Source: Catajapyx aquilonaris (taxonomy: Eukaryota). Taken from it: a stretch of DNA of 64,000 nucleotides. Positions 39,730 through 52,316 of this stretch are shown here, one piece after another. How positions within the stretch are numbered: position 1 is the stretch's first letter; each line of letters begins with the position of its first letter. The stretch covers positions 1-64,000 of the forward strand of contig JYFJ02000875.1 in assembly GCA_000934665.2 (NCBI GenBank). The letters run 5' to 3'. The notes under the pieces were generated by a model. It worked only from the letters and a program-made list of their open reading frames with translations. It was not told the origin of the DNA and did no database searches. The position numbers and the translations under genes were made by a program.

Positions 39730-40409
39730 CTGTAAAGACCCCAAAAAAGACGAAAACAAGGTTCGAGTTGTATTCTCCGGTTTGCCATGCATGACATTGG
39801 GCATGCAATCCAATAGGATTGTGCAGTGCAAAAGAGTGCGAAAGGCAATACCCAGAGCGAGAAGCGCAGCATCTGAAAACGGTGGAATTAAGGGGCCAGC
39901 GGTATCATAAAAGGAAACGGGAGGGACATATTCCAGGGGTCGTTATTTGGTCCAAGACCCATTCGGTATTGCAACCGGGTGTTCCTTGCACGTTGTTAAA
40001 CGACCTTCCCCATTCGACGTGGCAGACTCGATACCAGATTTTTGGCAGAGGTTTTCCGAGATGAAGTTCCAAATCTGGTGCAGCAGTTGCAGCAAAGTGG
40101 CTTTTGTGGTGATTTGACGGTTCCGGCGTCAACGACCTCCCCCTATAGCCTCCCACCCTACTTTTTTTTTTTGAAAAAAAAAGGGTTTCCTCAATACCCC
40201 TAGGGGCTAGTGGGCTCTCTCATTCTCTCTCTGGCTGGCCACTCTACACTTTACAGTACTACGTTATTGGCCTGTGAAACGCGCGGAACATTTGGTTTCG
40301 AGCGGAGACCACAAAAGCAAATGATGTGCTGACATATGTCTAATTTAAGTCGGTTGAATTGACTCAATTTTTTGTCAACGTTGAGGGAGTTGTATTGAGG
40401 TTACTGTAC

Positions 40410-40539
40410 CTTGCCTTTTTGTGTGCGGTGCGGAAGAGCTGCAGGTGAGGCTCTGGATAGACACCCTCTGCTTTGCAGGAGACGTTGACTGAGCCTGGAG
40501 AAGACTTGCTCTGGCTCAGCTCGAGCCTCTTCTCTGGTG
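40410..40539 (-). CDS. Beat-related Ig protein, exon encoding the first half of Ig domain 2 (not in ORF track)
   Basis: Acceptor TATTTGTTTCCACAG| (phase 1) and donor AAG|GTACAG (phase 2); 130 nt. Encodes (A)PEKRLELSQSKSSPGSVNVSCKAEGVYPEPHLQLFRTAHKKA(R), with the VSC.A.GVYP.P motif. Its phases join both neighbouring exons in frame. Confidence 0.92.
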
Positions 40540-41052
40540 CTGTGGAAACAAATAGAGCAAGCTCACTCTATGAATCACAAACTAAACAGAAACTGCTTGC
40601 GCAGATTACGTGAAATATGGAACTTCAAATGATGTCACTTCTACGGCAGTATAATGTGTGTTCTGCACTGATTGACAAGTGTCTAGAGTTACCGGTTCGC
40701 ATTCGTCTCGTACCATATGTAATTTGCCACCAAAATGTGAAATAATTTATTCACTCTCCAGCATAACATGGCGACTCACAAAATCACTTCTTGAAGACTG
40801 CTTTTGGAACATTTGTAGGTACAAGCCATTGGCAATCAGCTATACAATTCAGGAGAGCGCCCATTTCAATAACATAGTACCTAATTTCCTGTTTGAAATG
40901 TGTGGATTCATCTAGCGAGTATTTGCAGAGAAGAGGACCTCACACTTATTAGACCAGTCCGCCATCATTTAGAAAGTCAAAATAGCATAAAAGGCTTGGG
41001 TAGTGCAATTTCATAGAGAACTACCTTAGAAACAAATTCGACAAATCGTCGG

Positions 41053-41118
41053 TGATAATGCAAAACCTCGTATCTTCCATTGTTTTTGCAGGACGAGATA
41101 CGAGGTTTTGCATGATCA
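41053..41118. other. Intronic hairpin of pre-miRNA size
   Basis: Perfect 18-bp IR ATGCAAAACCTCGTATCT (41058-41075) / AGATACGAGGTTTTGCAT (41096-41113), extendable to 23 bp with one mismatch; 20-nt loop. Confidence 0.6.
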
Positions 41119-43744
41119 GTGAAGAAATACTATTTTCATGGCTTTGGGATTTCGCACGTTATTTGATTGACCTGACGTCATGACATGACTAAGACTCGAG
41201 TCATCCCCAACCAAGCCTGCTCTGACATGCTTATATCCCATGTCGTTCCCCAGAGGCTACTAAATGTTGGTCGTCGAGTAAAAGCAACAGTGTTGGACGG
41301 CCCAACGTAGGTGTAGAAGTCTGAATTCCACAAAGTGTGTGTACCTTTTCCGCCAACTTTTTAGTGCGACCTGATGATAAAAGTTGGGCATTAAACTTTA
41401 ACGTAGTTCGGAAGGACGAAAAAAGGTGACATTTCAGACAGGCCACCTTTTTGTCGCCGACCCCACTGATTTATCGATCTCCTACACCTTTTGTACCACC
41501 TAAAATATTATTAGAAGATGGCCCCAGCATATAGCCATTTGGAAAGCCAGCAGAGCTGAGAGAGGGCCGAGGAGAAAACGGTACAAACTTTCCGAAAGAG
41601 CGCCATGTTGTATCTAAACTTTGGCAATTCGTACTTGCAGCCTGAGGGCTTGATGTGGGTGGGAAATAAAACGGAGAATACCTCCTACACACTCCAAAAC
41701 TAACGTAATACACCACCCTTAGGATGTTAATTACATCCTTACAAATTGATTGATAACTCCACCCCTCCCCCGAACAATGATCATTCGTCATCGACACTGC
41801 TTATTGAACAGCCTGGCACTACCGTTCGGCTCTATCTCCAAAGGCAATGAAGAAGCCCCCCAAAATATAACTTGGAATTATCAATAGCCCTAGGGGGAAA
41901 GTTCCACCAAACAAGAGGTCTTTGTCCGCTTGACTGTTGGTGCGTCTCTGGTTGCTTTCATAAGTCATTGGAGCTCCCCCTATAGAAGGGGAGAGTCTTA
42001 GCAAGTCTGCAGCATTAATGGAGAAGGGGCCACGGTTGCCCAACTTTGGAAACCTGATGCTCTTTTCTATCCGCCGGCGCGGCCCCCAAAGACGCCTCAA
42101 CACTGACTTTGGCTAAGGTCGAGGGTGAGATTTAGTATCGATCCTAGGACGCCGTGTTCTCGAGCCTTAGAGAATCCGCAGCCAGGCAAGATTTTCCTCT
42201 TTTAATTTGTCAATGTCATTACCAAACTCTCTTTTTTTGTTATCTATTCTGGGCTAGGCTAGGAGGAAGCCGGATAATTCTAGCACATACTCTTAGGTAG
42301 CTCCAATTAGTAAGGACAAGAAACACCCATCATTTTGAGGTCAAAGAATTTTGTCTTCTGGAGCTCTTCTATATATAAGTTTGGGGTAACTTAATAATGA
42401 AATATAGAGCTTTTGAGCACCAATTAAGTGCCAACAGTATTAAATAATGATTGAAAAGTGTTGAATCGACATGTACGACTGATTTAAATATTTATTATAA
42501 TAAAATATAAATGAAAATATGTGGGTGCCTCGAGTGCAAACTTATGCTCTGTCGGGTATAAGTTTGAAATGGTGGCAGCTGGCAAACTTGAGAAAATAAT
42601 TTTCCTCTAGCCCATCCTCTCCCCCCATCCGCATACAATGTATTAAGGCAATTCCACTGACAAATGCACAAGCTGCCTTATCTTACTTCATTCCAGACGC
42701 GAATGTTTCATCCATCACTGCTCCGACGAGGGAACAAATCTATGTTAATTGAGACAAATGTTATTTAAATGCTGGGTGCGATGGAATGAGACCAGAAAAA
42801 TTATTCCAATTAATCATGTTCATGATTTAACAGGTTTCATTCGTACTCATTAAACGATACTCATCGCTCATAGAGAACGAAGCGGTATCTATCAAAACGC
42901 TGGCATTAATGAACCAATCAACAGACAGGAGGATGTGAAAAGATTACGGGGCCTTCATTAGTTTAGTGTACCGGTAATGAATTTTAAGGAACTCCTGGGT
43001 TTTCTTCTTCAACAACCCCGGATTCTAATACGGACCTTGAAGGAGGGAAAAAGTTTAATGAACTCGTACTCATTATTAAGATTACATCGCTAATGCAGCC
43101 GCACCAAAGTTCAGTAACTGCTGCTGTGAGTGAGATCATCTGAAGTATTTTTAGAGAAACAGTAGATTAGTGGCATGCTCGTGTTTGTACAATGTATAAA
43201 AAGTTATAATAAATAATTTTTCAAAATAAGTACCGTAATAAAATACACAGTGATCAGAGTCACATCGCATTGGAATGATTTCACACATTATTTTATGAAC
43301 ACTAATTTTCTCATCGGAAAATCAACTGGATTATGTACAGTATCAAGTTTTACTTCGTAGTGTTTATGGTTATTATCCATTCGAATATTATTATTTTTTG
43401 CCTGAAATCATACTGATTCTAGCACTTGCCATTTATAATTAGCGCTGAACCCTTCCCTTTTTTTGGTTTTTACGATTTGAAAAGGCTTGTCAAGTACTTG
43501 ATTGCTTACACCAGGTACTTGGTGTCATTGATTCTGACAGGTCATGGAGCACATAATGCAATCGTCATGTCAGAATATTTGACATGCAGAGACAAATTCT
43601 ACATCATTCTAATAATGGCTAGGTTAAAATGCTGGTTACTGTTTTTTAGAAGCAAATTGTCAAATTTGACAACAGTTGTCACAATAGGAGTCAGCAAGCT
43701 TTGAGAGTGGACAGATTTAGAGTTAGTAACTGTCATTCACTCTA

Positions 43745-43885
43745 CAGTGTGTTTCATAATAATTCAGATATGGGAACCAGCTGGTCTCAGATTGTTTGAA
43801 GCACATTGTCTTATCAATTCCAAATAAATTGATCCAATTCCAGAAGTTAGTTAGACGTTTTCCTGAACCATTATGAAATACCATG
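43745..43885. mobile_element. Old Tc1/mariner-type MITE, 141 bp
   Basis: TA-CAGTGTGTTTCATAATAATTCAG versus the reverse complement of CTGAACCATTATGAAATACCATG-TA: 20/25 identity including the TA flanks (43743-43744, 43886-43887). Confidence 0.55.
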
Positions 43886-45427
43886 TACAGTACAATTCAT
43901 AGAGACATACAAATCCAACAAGGTTTAGAATTATCAAACACAGGTCTATTCAGCCAAGTCCCTGAAGCACACATCACTTAAGCCGGCAAATATATCCTGC
44001 CAAAGTACCCACTTTGTACTCCCAAGACTTTTTCACTCTCTCAAGGGCCAAAGTTAATGCTTTTCGTTAATAAACTCTGGTATAAATCAATAGACACTAG
44101 AAATAATTGGCAAAGCCTGTAAAAACTCTATAGTCACCCTTCATATCCTTCCCAGTGTACTGTACGTTCCGAGTTTTCAGAGTCCCACAAAAAGTTTGCT
44201 CATTTCGGGACATAAAAGCTCCTCTTTTTTGAGGTGGACGGTAAGGACTCAAGCTTCCAAAAAAAGAATATTTCTTACTTTTTGTCGGATCTGAGACGCC
44301 AACCCCCTTGGTCCCCCCAAAAAGGTGCCCGCAAGAAGAGTTAGAGCTCCACTCTTTGAATGGATACGAGGCCACCTTTTGTGGAGATTCCCTATTAGCT
44401 TTCCGGCCATTAACTAAAGCAGTAAACGGAACGAACGACTGCTCAATTGCCTCGCCTCCGGAAGTTATTATAAAGCAGAGTGACAGAATTTTCATCTCAC
44501 CCGACACAAGCTGCCCGAATCCGGGGGCCTAACATCTGAATACATTTCCAACTCTAATCAGCCAGCTTTATTAATCAACGTTGGAGAGAAAGATTCGGAG
44601 ACCGTCGACCTCTAGTCTTCCGACTTTTTTTTTTTTAAACGGACAGTTTGACAAGTTTTGCCCGTCCTGCGTAATTAAATATGTTGAGGAGGCCTCGAAA
44701 GACAACAGTGGTAAACAATAATAGTGGAAGGGGAATGTACCGGATTTTGTGGGGAAAGCTGGCGCCGGCGCCTGGTGGTGTTTACATGTGCAAGAGAGCA
44801 GAACTATTTTAGGCGCATTTGCTTAATTAGTCCATATTTGCCTGCTGGCTTTAGCCGGCTTTAACCCTCCCAGCAGCCCGATACTTTTCACGTGATGCGG
44901 AGCCTAAAGGCAGGCCTGGGCGTGCGAGTCTTCCGTTACAATTGGTTCGGATTGGAAACCAGGGTTGGAAGGGGCTGATTTTCAAGTTGCGTATTGCAAT
45001 GGGTGGTTGTACAGTACAACTTGTACATATACAAATCCTAAAATTGTATTGGGGAGGAACGAACGTCAATTTTCAATCGGTTTATTAGCAAAAAAAATGT
45101 CGTTGAGAAGCCTCGTTGCATGGCAACGGCAGGTCTTATTTTAATAGCGGAGAAAGTTTTGATGCCTTTAGACAGCGAGAAATGCTTCGGGTGAAATGGA
45201 CGTTCCTGGAAATAATCTGACATACTTACATTTAATAGTTTAAATCCAGGTCTCCATGCAGCCGCAGACATGTCGGATTATGTGTTCCGTGACTACAAGC
45301 CATTCCAGATGGTCAGTTGAGCACTTCCCATGAGATTTTGACTTAAATTGGTCGGTATGTGTTATACCTGCTACCCAAAATTTGTCTATTGGAAGTAGCA
45401 ATTATAATGTGTTAGTAGATCTACTGG

Positions 45428-45476
45428 TAAAGAGCCGACGAGTACCGAGGTGTACGGAATTATGTAATATTTCTTA
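45428..45476 (+). ncRNA. Possible decayed type I minimal hammerhead ribozyme
   Basis: TAAAGAG-CCGACGA-GTAC-cgaggt-GTAC-GGAA-TTATGTAAT-A-TTTCTTA follows the hammerhead order stem I, CUGANGA, stem II, GAAA, self-complementary stem III, UH, stem I. It carries two core transitions. Confidence 0.3.
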
Positions 45477-48314
45477 GCGCTCAATACTTGTGAAAGTACA
45501 GTGCTGGACATACTAGCAGTCCCTAAATATTTACTTAGTTGCAAGGTAACGCCAGCGCCGCCTACGCCGAATAATAAACATTTAGGGATTTATTTAATTC
45601 TTCAATGTTTAATTTTTGAACGTAATGAGCTTATTTGTAATGCATGCGCTTTTATTTTTGTCGTCTGTTTATTTTTGGTTATTGTGTTTATTATTGTAAC
45701 GCGTAAGTTCATTTTTGCATAGTGTTTATACAAATTTCATGATATTTTTTGTGCTCTGCTGCAAAGAATAACCAGGCTAAAATGGGCCAAACTTGGTAAC
45801 GAGGTAGCCCTACCCTTCTTCAGAGGTGGTCCAAAAGAGAAATCCCGTGCTCAAGCTAGTTCCTCCCAGGGGTGGCCCGGGGTGCACCCCCAGGAGATCC
45901 CCCGAGATACAAAATCTCCAACTGGGATTGACCAGCTCTACTGAGTCACCTTTGACCGTTCACACTGTCTGCAAATTGCTCTTGACATGTTTTTGTGGTT
46001 CTTTGACGTCACCAAGCCTATAAGAGTCCCAACCTCGACTGGCGTTTCCACCATCCTCGGAGGTCATGTGACCTGGATCACTTTATGCCCGAATATTGGG
46101 CACAAAGGTCAACTTGCAGAATGAGGACTCACATCGCATCGGGTCAAAAATGGGAATGGGCTTCTTCTAGAGAATTGGCACATTAAGAAGAGATTTCTCT
46201 TGCCTAAAAGAAGATCCACACTAACACAGAACCCGGCCTGACAATAAATAAATTTATTATTGTTTACTCCAGCACACATGTACAGAGATGTATCAATCGA
46301 TTGTTGTTTCTCTTTACTGGTAAATCATTCATAACGTCTCTTGAACAGAAAACTGGAGCGGTGCGCCACCCTGTATTACGCGTAATGCATATTAAGTTCC
46401 ACTCGTAACGCACTTCCCTCAGCACATGAATAATAAAAAAAGCACTCTGCATCGTGTGACATCATGGCTTGCATTATATTGCACACACCGGATTTGAATA
46501 GTCGGTTGTCCTCCCAAATAACTAGCGACCTCAAACATTCCATGTGCTCAAATACCGAAAGATAATACTATAAAGGTTAGATTAGACCTATGATACGTAA
46601 CTTTCCATTCCATTTTTTTAAAAAAACATTTTTTTTTTGTGATGCCATACTGCGGAGGATTTGGATGCAAAATCTCGCGCCTACGTTCGTATATTTTGAA
46701 AATAAGCTCTGCTCATGTGGCTTATGAGTTTGTCTGGAAAATGGGGGAGCATATATTACTCTGTCCTGACTGTTGTATGCCTTTTAAGCAAGCTGATTCC
46801 ATGAAATACCGTACTCTGCATCTCATTATCTTCACGGTGAACCTAGGGCAAATCGCGTTTTCTGAAATTAGTTGGCTGGAGGTCGGCGTTCTAGCAAAAG
46901 TTTTTAGATCAGAGCTGTCCAATTCGCGGTTACCAACATCTGCAACTTTGCACAAACGTTGTGGGAGCCTACTCGTAATCGTTGCACCATTTTTTTTTCC
47001 TCCTCATCTTTTCAAATACCCCCGCACCGGCGCAAATGAGAAATGATGATGCTGCTATAATTTTGTGCCAGATATTATGAGAGTTTCTCCTGAATAACGG
47101 TGGGCCTTAGGGGTATCCATCATGAGCGTCAACTTTCAAAAAAAAAATGGGGAGGGGATCTATTCGTGTTTATGCAATTATAATGTTCTTTGAAATTAGG
47201 CGCGTTAGTGTCTTCAGAATTTTAATGCGGCTCATGAATATTGTGATTTTTTCCCCCAACGTTTGAAGCACCCGCTGTCTGATACTATCATACGTTTGGA
47301 ATTCCGTCGGGACCAACAAACTGGAAGGACAATAAAAATAATAAAGAACAGACGCAACCTGCGGGCTAGTGATATAGAAATAGAGCGTAAGTGGCGGCTG
47401 AATGCCTCGTAGGTGAAAGAACGAGCCTTCCTGCTATACCTCCACATTTCCCAGGTAGGCCCTATGGTGGACTGGTTTACTTTCCTTGACTAGTCTTTTT
47501 CCCAGGAGCCCCCCCTCCCCTCTTCCACGTCTCTTTTTTTCCCCAAAGCGCCTAACCCGGGCAGCCAAGAGACTGCAGGCCAGAATAGAAATAGCCAAGA
47601 ATGAACCTTTTCCCCTGCCCCCTTCTCTCCAACGAATAATATTCCCCTTTAATGCACTTTGGTTTGAAACACCCCGAGCTTAAGGTGATCACTCTTCGTG
47701 GTTGCCGTCTGCCATCCAAAGTGCTCCTTGAGGAATGCGTCTCCCCATTTTTTTGGGCTCACTGCACGCTATTTTTTTGGCTCATAGGAAAATCCGAAAC
47801 ATCGTTTTTTTTGGCTGTTACAGTATGGCTCTGAGAGAAGCAAGTGGGGTGCACTGGGGGGGCCCAGAGAACTTTGTCGTATCTCAGGATTTTCTGGGGG
47901 TCGGAGGATTCGCCTCAAATTCGTCTACAAAGGGCTGAGAGAGCGCGGATGTCAGTTAGTTTAGGATAACATGATGGCCGCTAGTTTCAGGAGGAATGGC
48001 TATATAAATGGATGTCAACAGCTCGAGCTAGTTAAGCTGATAGGGTATGGAAATTGAGTGGATATGCAATATGATAGATGACTTTTAGGGATATAATAAA
48101 GGTGTTCAGGACAATAATGATGCAATGAAGGGATAAGGAAGTGACGTTCCTTTTGTCACCGAACACAGCCTGTATCCTATACAAACTCAACATCATCGTA
48201 AAATCTAGGATAAACAAAATAGTGCATTTCCGAAGTGTGGTAGGATAAATTGACTTACTTCAGTAACCGGTTTAGCAAAGAAATATTTTTCTTTCTTCTA
48301 GACATCTCGAAGTA

Positions 48315-49056
48315 CGAGGTGCAGTCAAAATTACTTGCGCGTAATGTTTTTAGCCATTGCCCATGACATTTACATATTTGCATTTAAAGGAATATGAAAT
48401 CCAGCCCATGTGGGATTTTTTGGTAGATGTTTCAAATTTCGTGCTGACCGGGTGCCTGTTTTACAGCCCTGCAAACAGAGGGCCTTACCGACACTAGCAA
48501 AGTGGCGGACTTCAGCAAAGCCAACAGCGTGTTGTGGTGAGATATCTTTTTCTGCAAGGGAAAAGTGTTCCTGTGATCCTCAAAGACATGCAGGCCATAT
48601 GTGGGAACTCCGTCAAGCCCTTATGGACGATCCAGTGGACATGTTGACTCACCCCCAACCAAAAAAATTCCGTGTTCAGCCATCCGCTGAAAGGGTCCTG
48701 TACGCAGTGTTTTGGGACAGGAACTGCCATCCTGTTCCACAATATAGAGCTCTTGCCACACACCCTACTCTTCGGACTTGGCTCCAAGCGATTTTTGGCT
48801 GTTTCCTACCTTCAAAGATGAGCTCAGAGGTCACAAGTTCCCTTCTCTCTCAGCCCTCGGGAGTGCCATTTTACAGTATGGGAAAAGGACCCCAGAAGAT
48901 TATATTTTGGGGGCATACCAAAAATGGGTACACCGTTGGGGAAAATGTGTAGCAAGAGAGGGTGACTACGTGGAGAAGTAAGCGAAAGCAAAAGATTGTA
49001 AATTGCTCCTATGTCAGTAAAAAAATTACTCGCAAGTAATTTTTGACTGCACCTCG
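48315..49056 (+). mobile_element. Internally deleted mariner transposon (742 bp) with transposase pseudogene fragments
   Basis: TIRs of about 35 bp, CGAGGTGCAGTCAAAA(A)TTACTTGCG..., with TA TSD at 48313-48314 and 49057-49058. Frameshifted fragments: QQRVVVRYLFLQGKSVPVILKDMQAICG (N-terminal HTH), PKKFRVQPSAERVLYAVFWD, and PYSSDLAPSDFWLFPTFKDELRG...RWGKCVAREGDYVEK. Confidence 0.96.
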
Positions 49057-50425
49057 TAGTTTGCGATTGTCTTGCAATAGTGAGCATAATTTGAAAATTC
49101 GACTATTCATGATGTTTGGACCATATGAAGTCACTTGTCGATGATATCATGCTCAATCAAAAAGGGTTGTATCATTTTGTTGCGAAAATTACGATCAGGC
49201 TCTACAATCCTGCAAAAAAGGAGGGAAAAATGAGTCTAGATGGAGTTACTGAGGAGTTGGCAGTTTTGCCAAGAGATAGCGGCACGCGGGGGTGTCGGGC
49301 GCGGATTGGGCGGAGGTGGGGTGGGGGGCGCTTCGTTTTCTGTAAAGCAGAGATGCGACAGCTTCTCTCGAGTCTAGTCTAATAAATAGGTTATTGGCAA
49401 CCTGTGCATTAAAAGACCATGATCCTCAGTGACCTATCGGGGTCTGGAGTGACGACCTAGGGACGTCAGCTCAAACAGCAAGCAGGAAGAAATGGATTGA
49501 TAAAAATGAGCAAATAAGTTGGAGAAAATACGTCGAAATTGTCGAAATACGTAACTGAATATTAGTGGTCACAATCACGCTTCAATGCCGTACGAGCCTG
49601 ATTAGGTTGCTTCCCGGCTTCAAACTCTAGCTATTCACTCAAGCAATGTCCATATTACTATCCAGTCATTGAAACTACATTTCCCTCTATCCTATTCCAG
49701 CATACTGTGCCCTCCTCCACCATTCCGACCCCATTTTTTTGTGGAGATCTCGTTGACACAAACTCCTCATCCCTCCTTTGAGTGTTTTCCTAATGACGAG
49801 AGATCGCGAGTTGCGTCAAAAGGAATGAATGCTGCACAAAGTCCTGATAGGATTGCTCACTTGGTGCCGGCTCTAATCACGGGGAGCTGCAATTCAAGCT
49901 CGGATCTCGTGCATGTCTCCAGTAATTGAAACGCACTCCAGGACTGCTCCTGCGTGTTTGTTCACAATAATGGAATATTAAATGAGAATCCCAGACTCTC
50001 GTAGAAGGGCCAAGTTACACAGAGGGAGAGACATAGAGAAGAGGGGAGTTAGGAAAAAAAAGGTGGCCATATGTCTGAATCATTGCTTGCCAAGTGATGA
50101 TAAATTTTTTAGCACATTTTCAGCCCGTTTTTCGAGAATGTGGTCGTTTTTATGCGTGTTTTGGTGTTTCAGGCCGTTTTCAGCGGAACGACGCAATTTG
50201 TGTGGCTATTTAGTTTGAAGATTAGGCCTAATGTGAACATACGGGTTGCGGTTTATTCTATACCTTCCTAACATGGGTGATGTTGAAATAAGAGGAGAAC
50301 TTTCGGTAAGTGAATAAATGCCCGGATGCTAACTTGAAAATGGTTGGGTGTGTGACCTACACCTGCCTGTTCGAGATAAGAGGATCACAAGTTGGCCCGA
50401 ACTACTGTACATATAACTTTTGTTA

Positions 50426-50698
50426 ACCGAAGCAGGTTGGCATAGTGGATAAGGCGTCCGACTGCTAATCGGGAGGTCCTGGGTTCGAATCCCGGGGCCG
50501 GCAACTCTGACCGTGGTTTTCTGTGGTTTCCCGCGGTCCTTCCAGGGAAATTCCGGAGTTGCTTCCGTAATTAATAGGTCACAGCCGCTTCCTTCCGTCC
50601 CTATCCTATCCCAAAGAGCACAGTAAAATGAAAAGCAAAGAGTTCCAGGCAAAACAAACTTCCCCCCTAAAGAGCCGATGGCTGATAACGGGGTATGA

Positions 50699-50758
<60 letters not shown>
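50426..50758 (+). mobile_element. Young tRNA-derived SINE (family 3) with (ATT)20 tail
   Basis: A box TGGCATAGTGG (50438-50448), B box GGTTCGAATCC (50482-50492), intact anticodon-like and T stems but no acceptor stem. Central GGTTTTCTGTGGTTTCCC...TCCAGGGAAATTCCGG...GGTCACAGCCGCTTCCTTCC domain. Exact 10-bp TSD ACTTTTGTTA at 50416-50425 and 50759-50768. Confidence 0.93.
50699..50758 (+). repeat. (ATT)20 microsatellite (SINE tail)
   Basis: Uninterrupted 60-bp ATT run. Confidence 0.98.
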
Positions 50759-50760
<2 letters not shown>

Positions 50761-52316
50761 TTTTGTTAGCACTAGAACTGAACGTAATATTATAACCTGT
50801 CCTTTATAAAAACCAAAATGGACACTTTTGGCTGTAATTACCTGCCTTGACCGTTAAATGGAGAGAGTAATAATACACTTCCGATCAACCAAAGACGTCA
50901 AATCTTCAGTGGTTCACATATAGCCAATTACTTTTTTCTGTGCTTTGGCTGCTTCCCACTCAGGCTTCTGTGACGACATGCATTATGTAATAATATTATT
51001 AACCTTTAAATTGCACATTTTACTTTGAAGTCATCTCTAGAATAGAATCCGATTGACTCTGCACTCTTGAAAGTGTCTGAAGTATGAGAAAATTGAAAGA
51101 CGAATGATACAATCAAAAGAGTTTTTCCAAGCGAAGCACGAGCTCTTCTAGCAAGTGATAAGGCCATAAAGGAGGGAGTAAATGAAGGCACTTATTGGAC
51201 CAAATGAGCTGAGAATTATAATATGCAAGAGATTCTAATACGTTAATGCGTTATATGGCCGCGCATTGGGGGCAGGTTACTCCTCTTGGGATCGTTACCG
51301 TCTGTCCTTTATTCCGTTTTAAAAGGCTTTAATCATAGAAAAGCACTATAGGATAGAGTCTGAAATGTATGAGGTGAGGGAAGAACTTTTGTGCTCATTC
51401 ACGCGTAGTGAGCTGAGTGGGAAAAGGAATTCTGGTGCATGAAAGCCTCCCAGGTTCAGCTATACACGGTCCCCGGACCTATTTGCTATGATAACGGAAT
51501 TTTGCAGATTTGTGCTCGGAATAAGAAGCTGCGGCCGTGCTCTATGAAAAGGACTAGTCCGGCGTTAATTAATTCGACGAAGAAATTCCGGAGTCAACCG
51601 AGATTCAATGTATAAAAAAAAACGTAACGCGGAAGAAGTCTAGCGTATCTAATCCATTTTAAAACATCGCTGGGGCCTATATTCGCCAGCTTAATTGCAA
51701 CCCAAAATCCTTAAATACTCTTCAACCCACCCTGAAAATCAATTTAGTGGCCCGAGAGTCTCCAAGCGACAGAATTTTCCGGATGACGTCGGCAGTTGAA
51801 CACCGTTGTCCTTCGAGTTAATTCATTCAATTACGGTGTAATTCAAGTTGTTCGCCACAAGATTCGCGTTTCTTAAGAAGACTTTTTTTTCCTTGCGGTA
51901 TCTCCGCCTGGCTTCCTTTTTTCCCAGCTGGAAATAGATTACCGCTTCAAGCATCCTCATAAATTATTCATTAAATTAGCCCATGTTCAGCCAAAATAGA
52001 GATCCACTGAACTTCCGGCAATTGTTGAAATATTAATAACTATAGCAAGAATAGTAAGGTCTGGCTTTTCTTTAACCTGCTCTGGTTTTTGCAAATATAG
52101 ATTCGGCAACAAACAGGTGACCGTTAAAGTTGCAGGCGAAGCTAGGTCGACCTGATTTAGAGTAGATGCGGAGTAGTAGTTTAATGATTCATAAACTAAT
52201 GGTGGACTCCAACTGAATTAGGAGCTAATGTGACAGCTATTTAAGCAGTCGGTGCTCCTTTAATGAGAGAGTTCGGAGAAAGGGGAACTATTCCATATGA
52301 TTCTAAATGTCAATAT

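Noticed and set aside
46639..47046. ORF beginning MPYCGGFGCK, like a THAP zinc finger start
   Set aside because: Lacks the conserved FP and C..HF residues of THAP domains.
50426..50505. tRNA gene with GCT anticodon
   Set aside because: No acceptor stem, and it continues into a SINE body, tail and TSD, so it is a SINE head.
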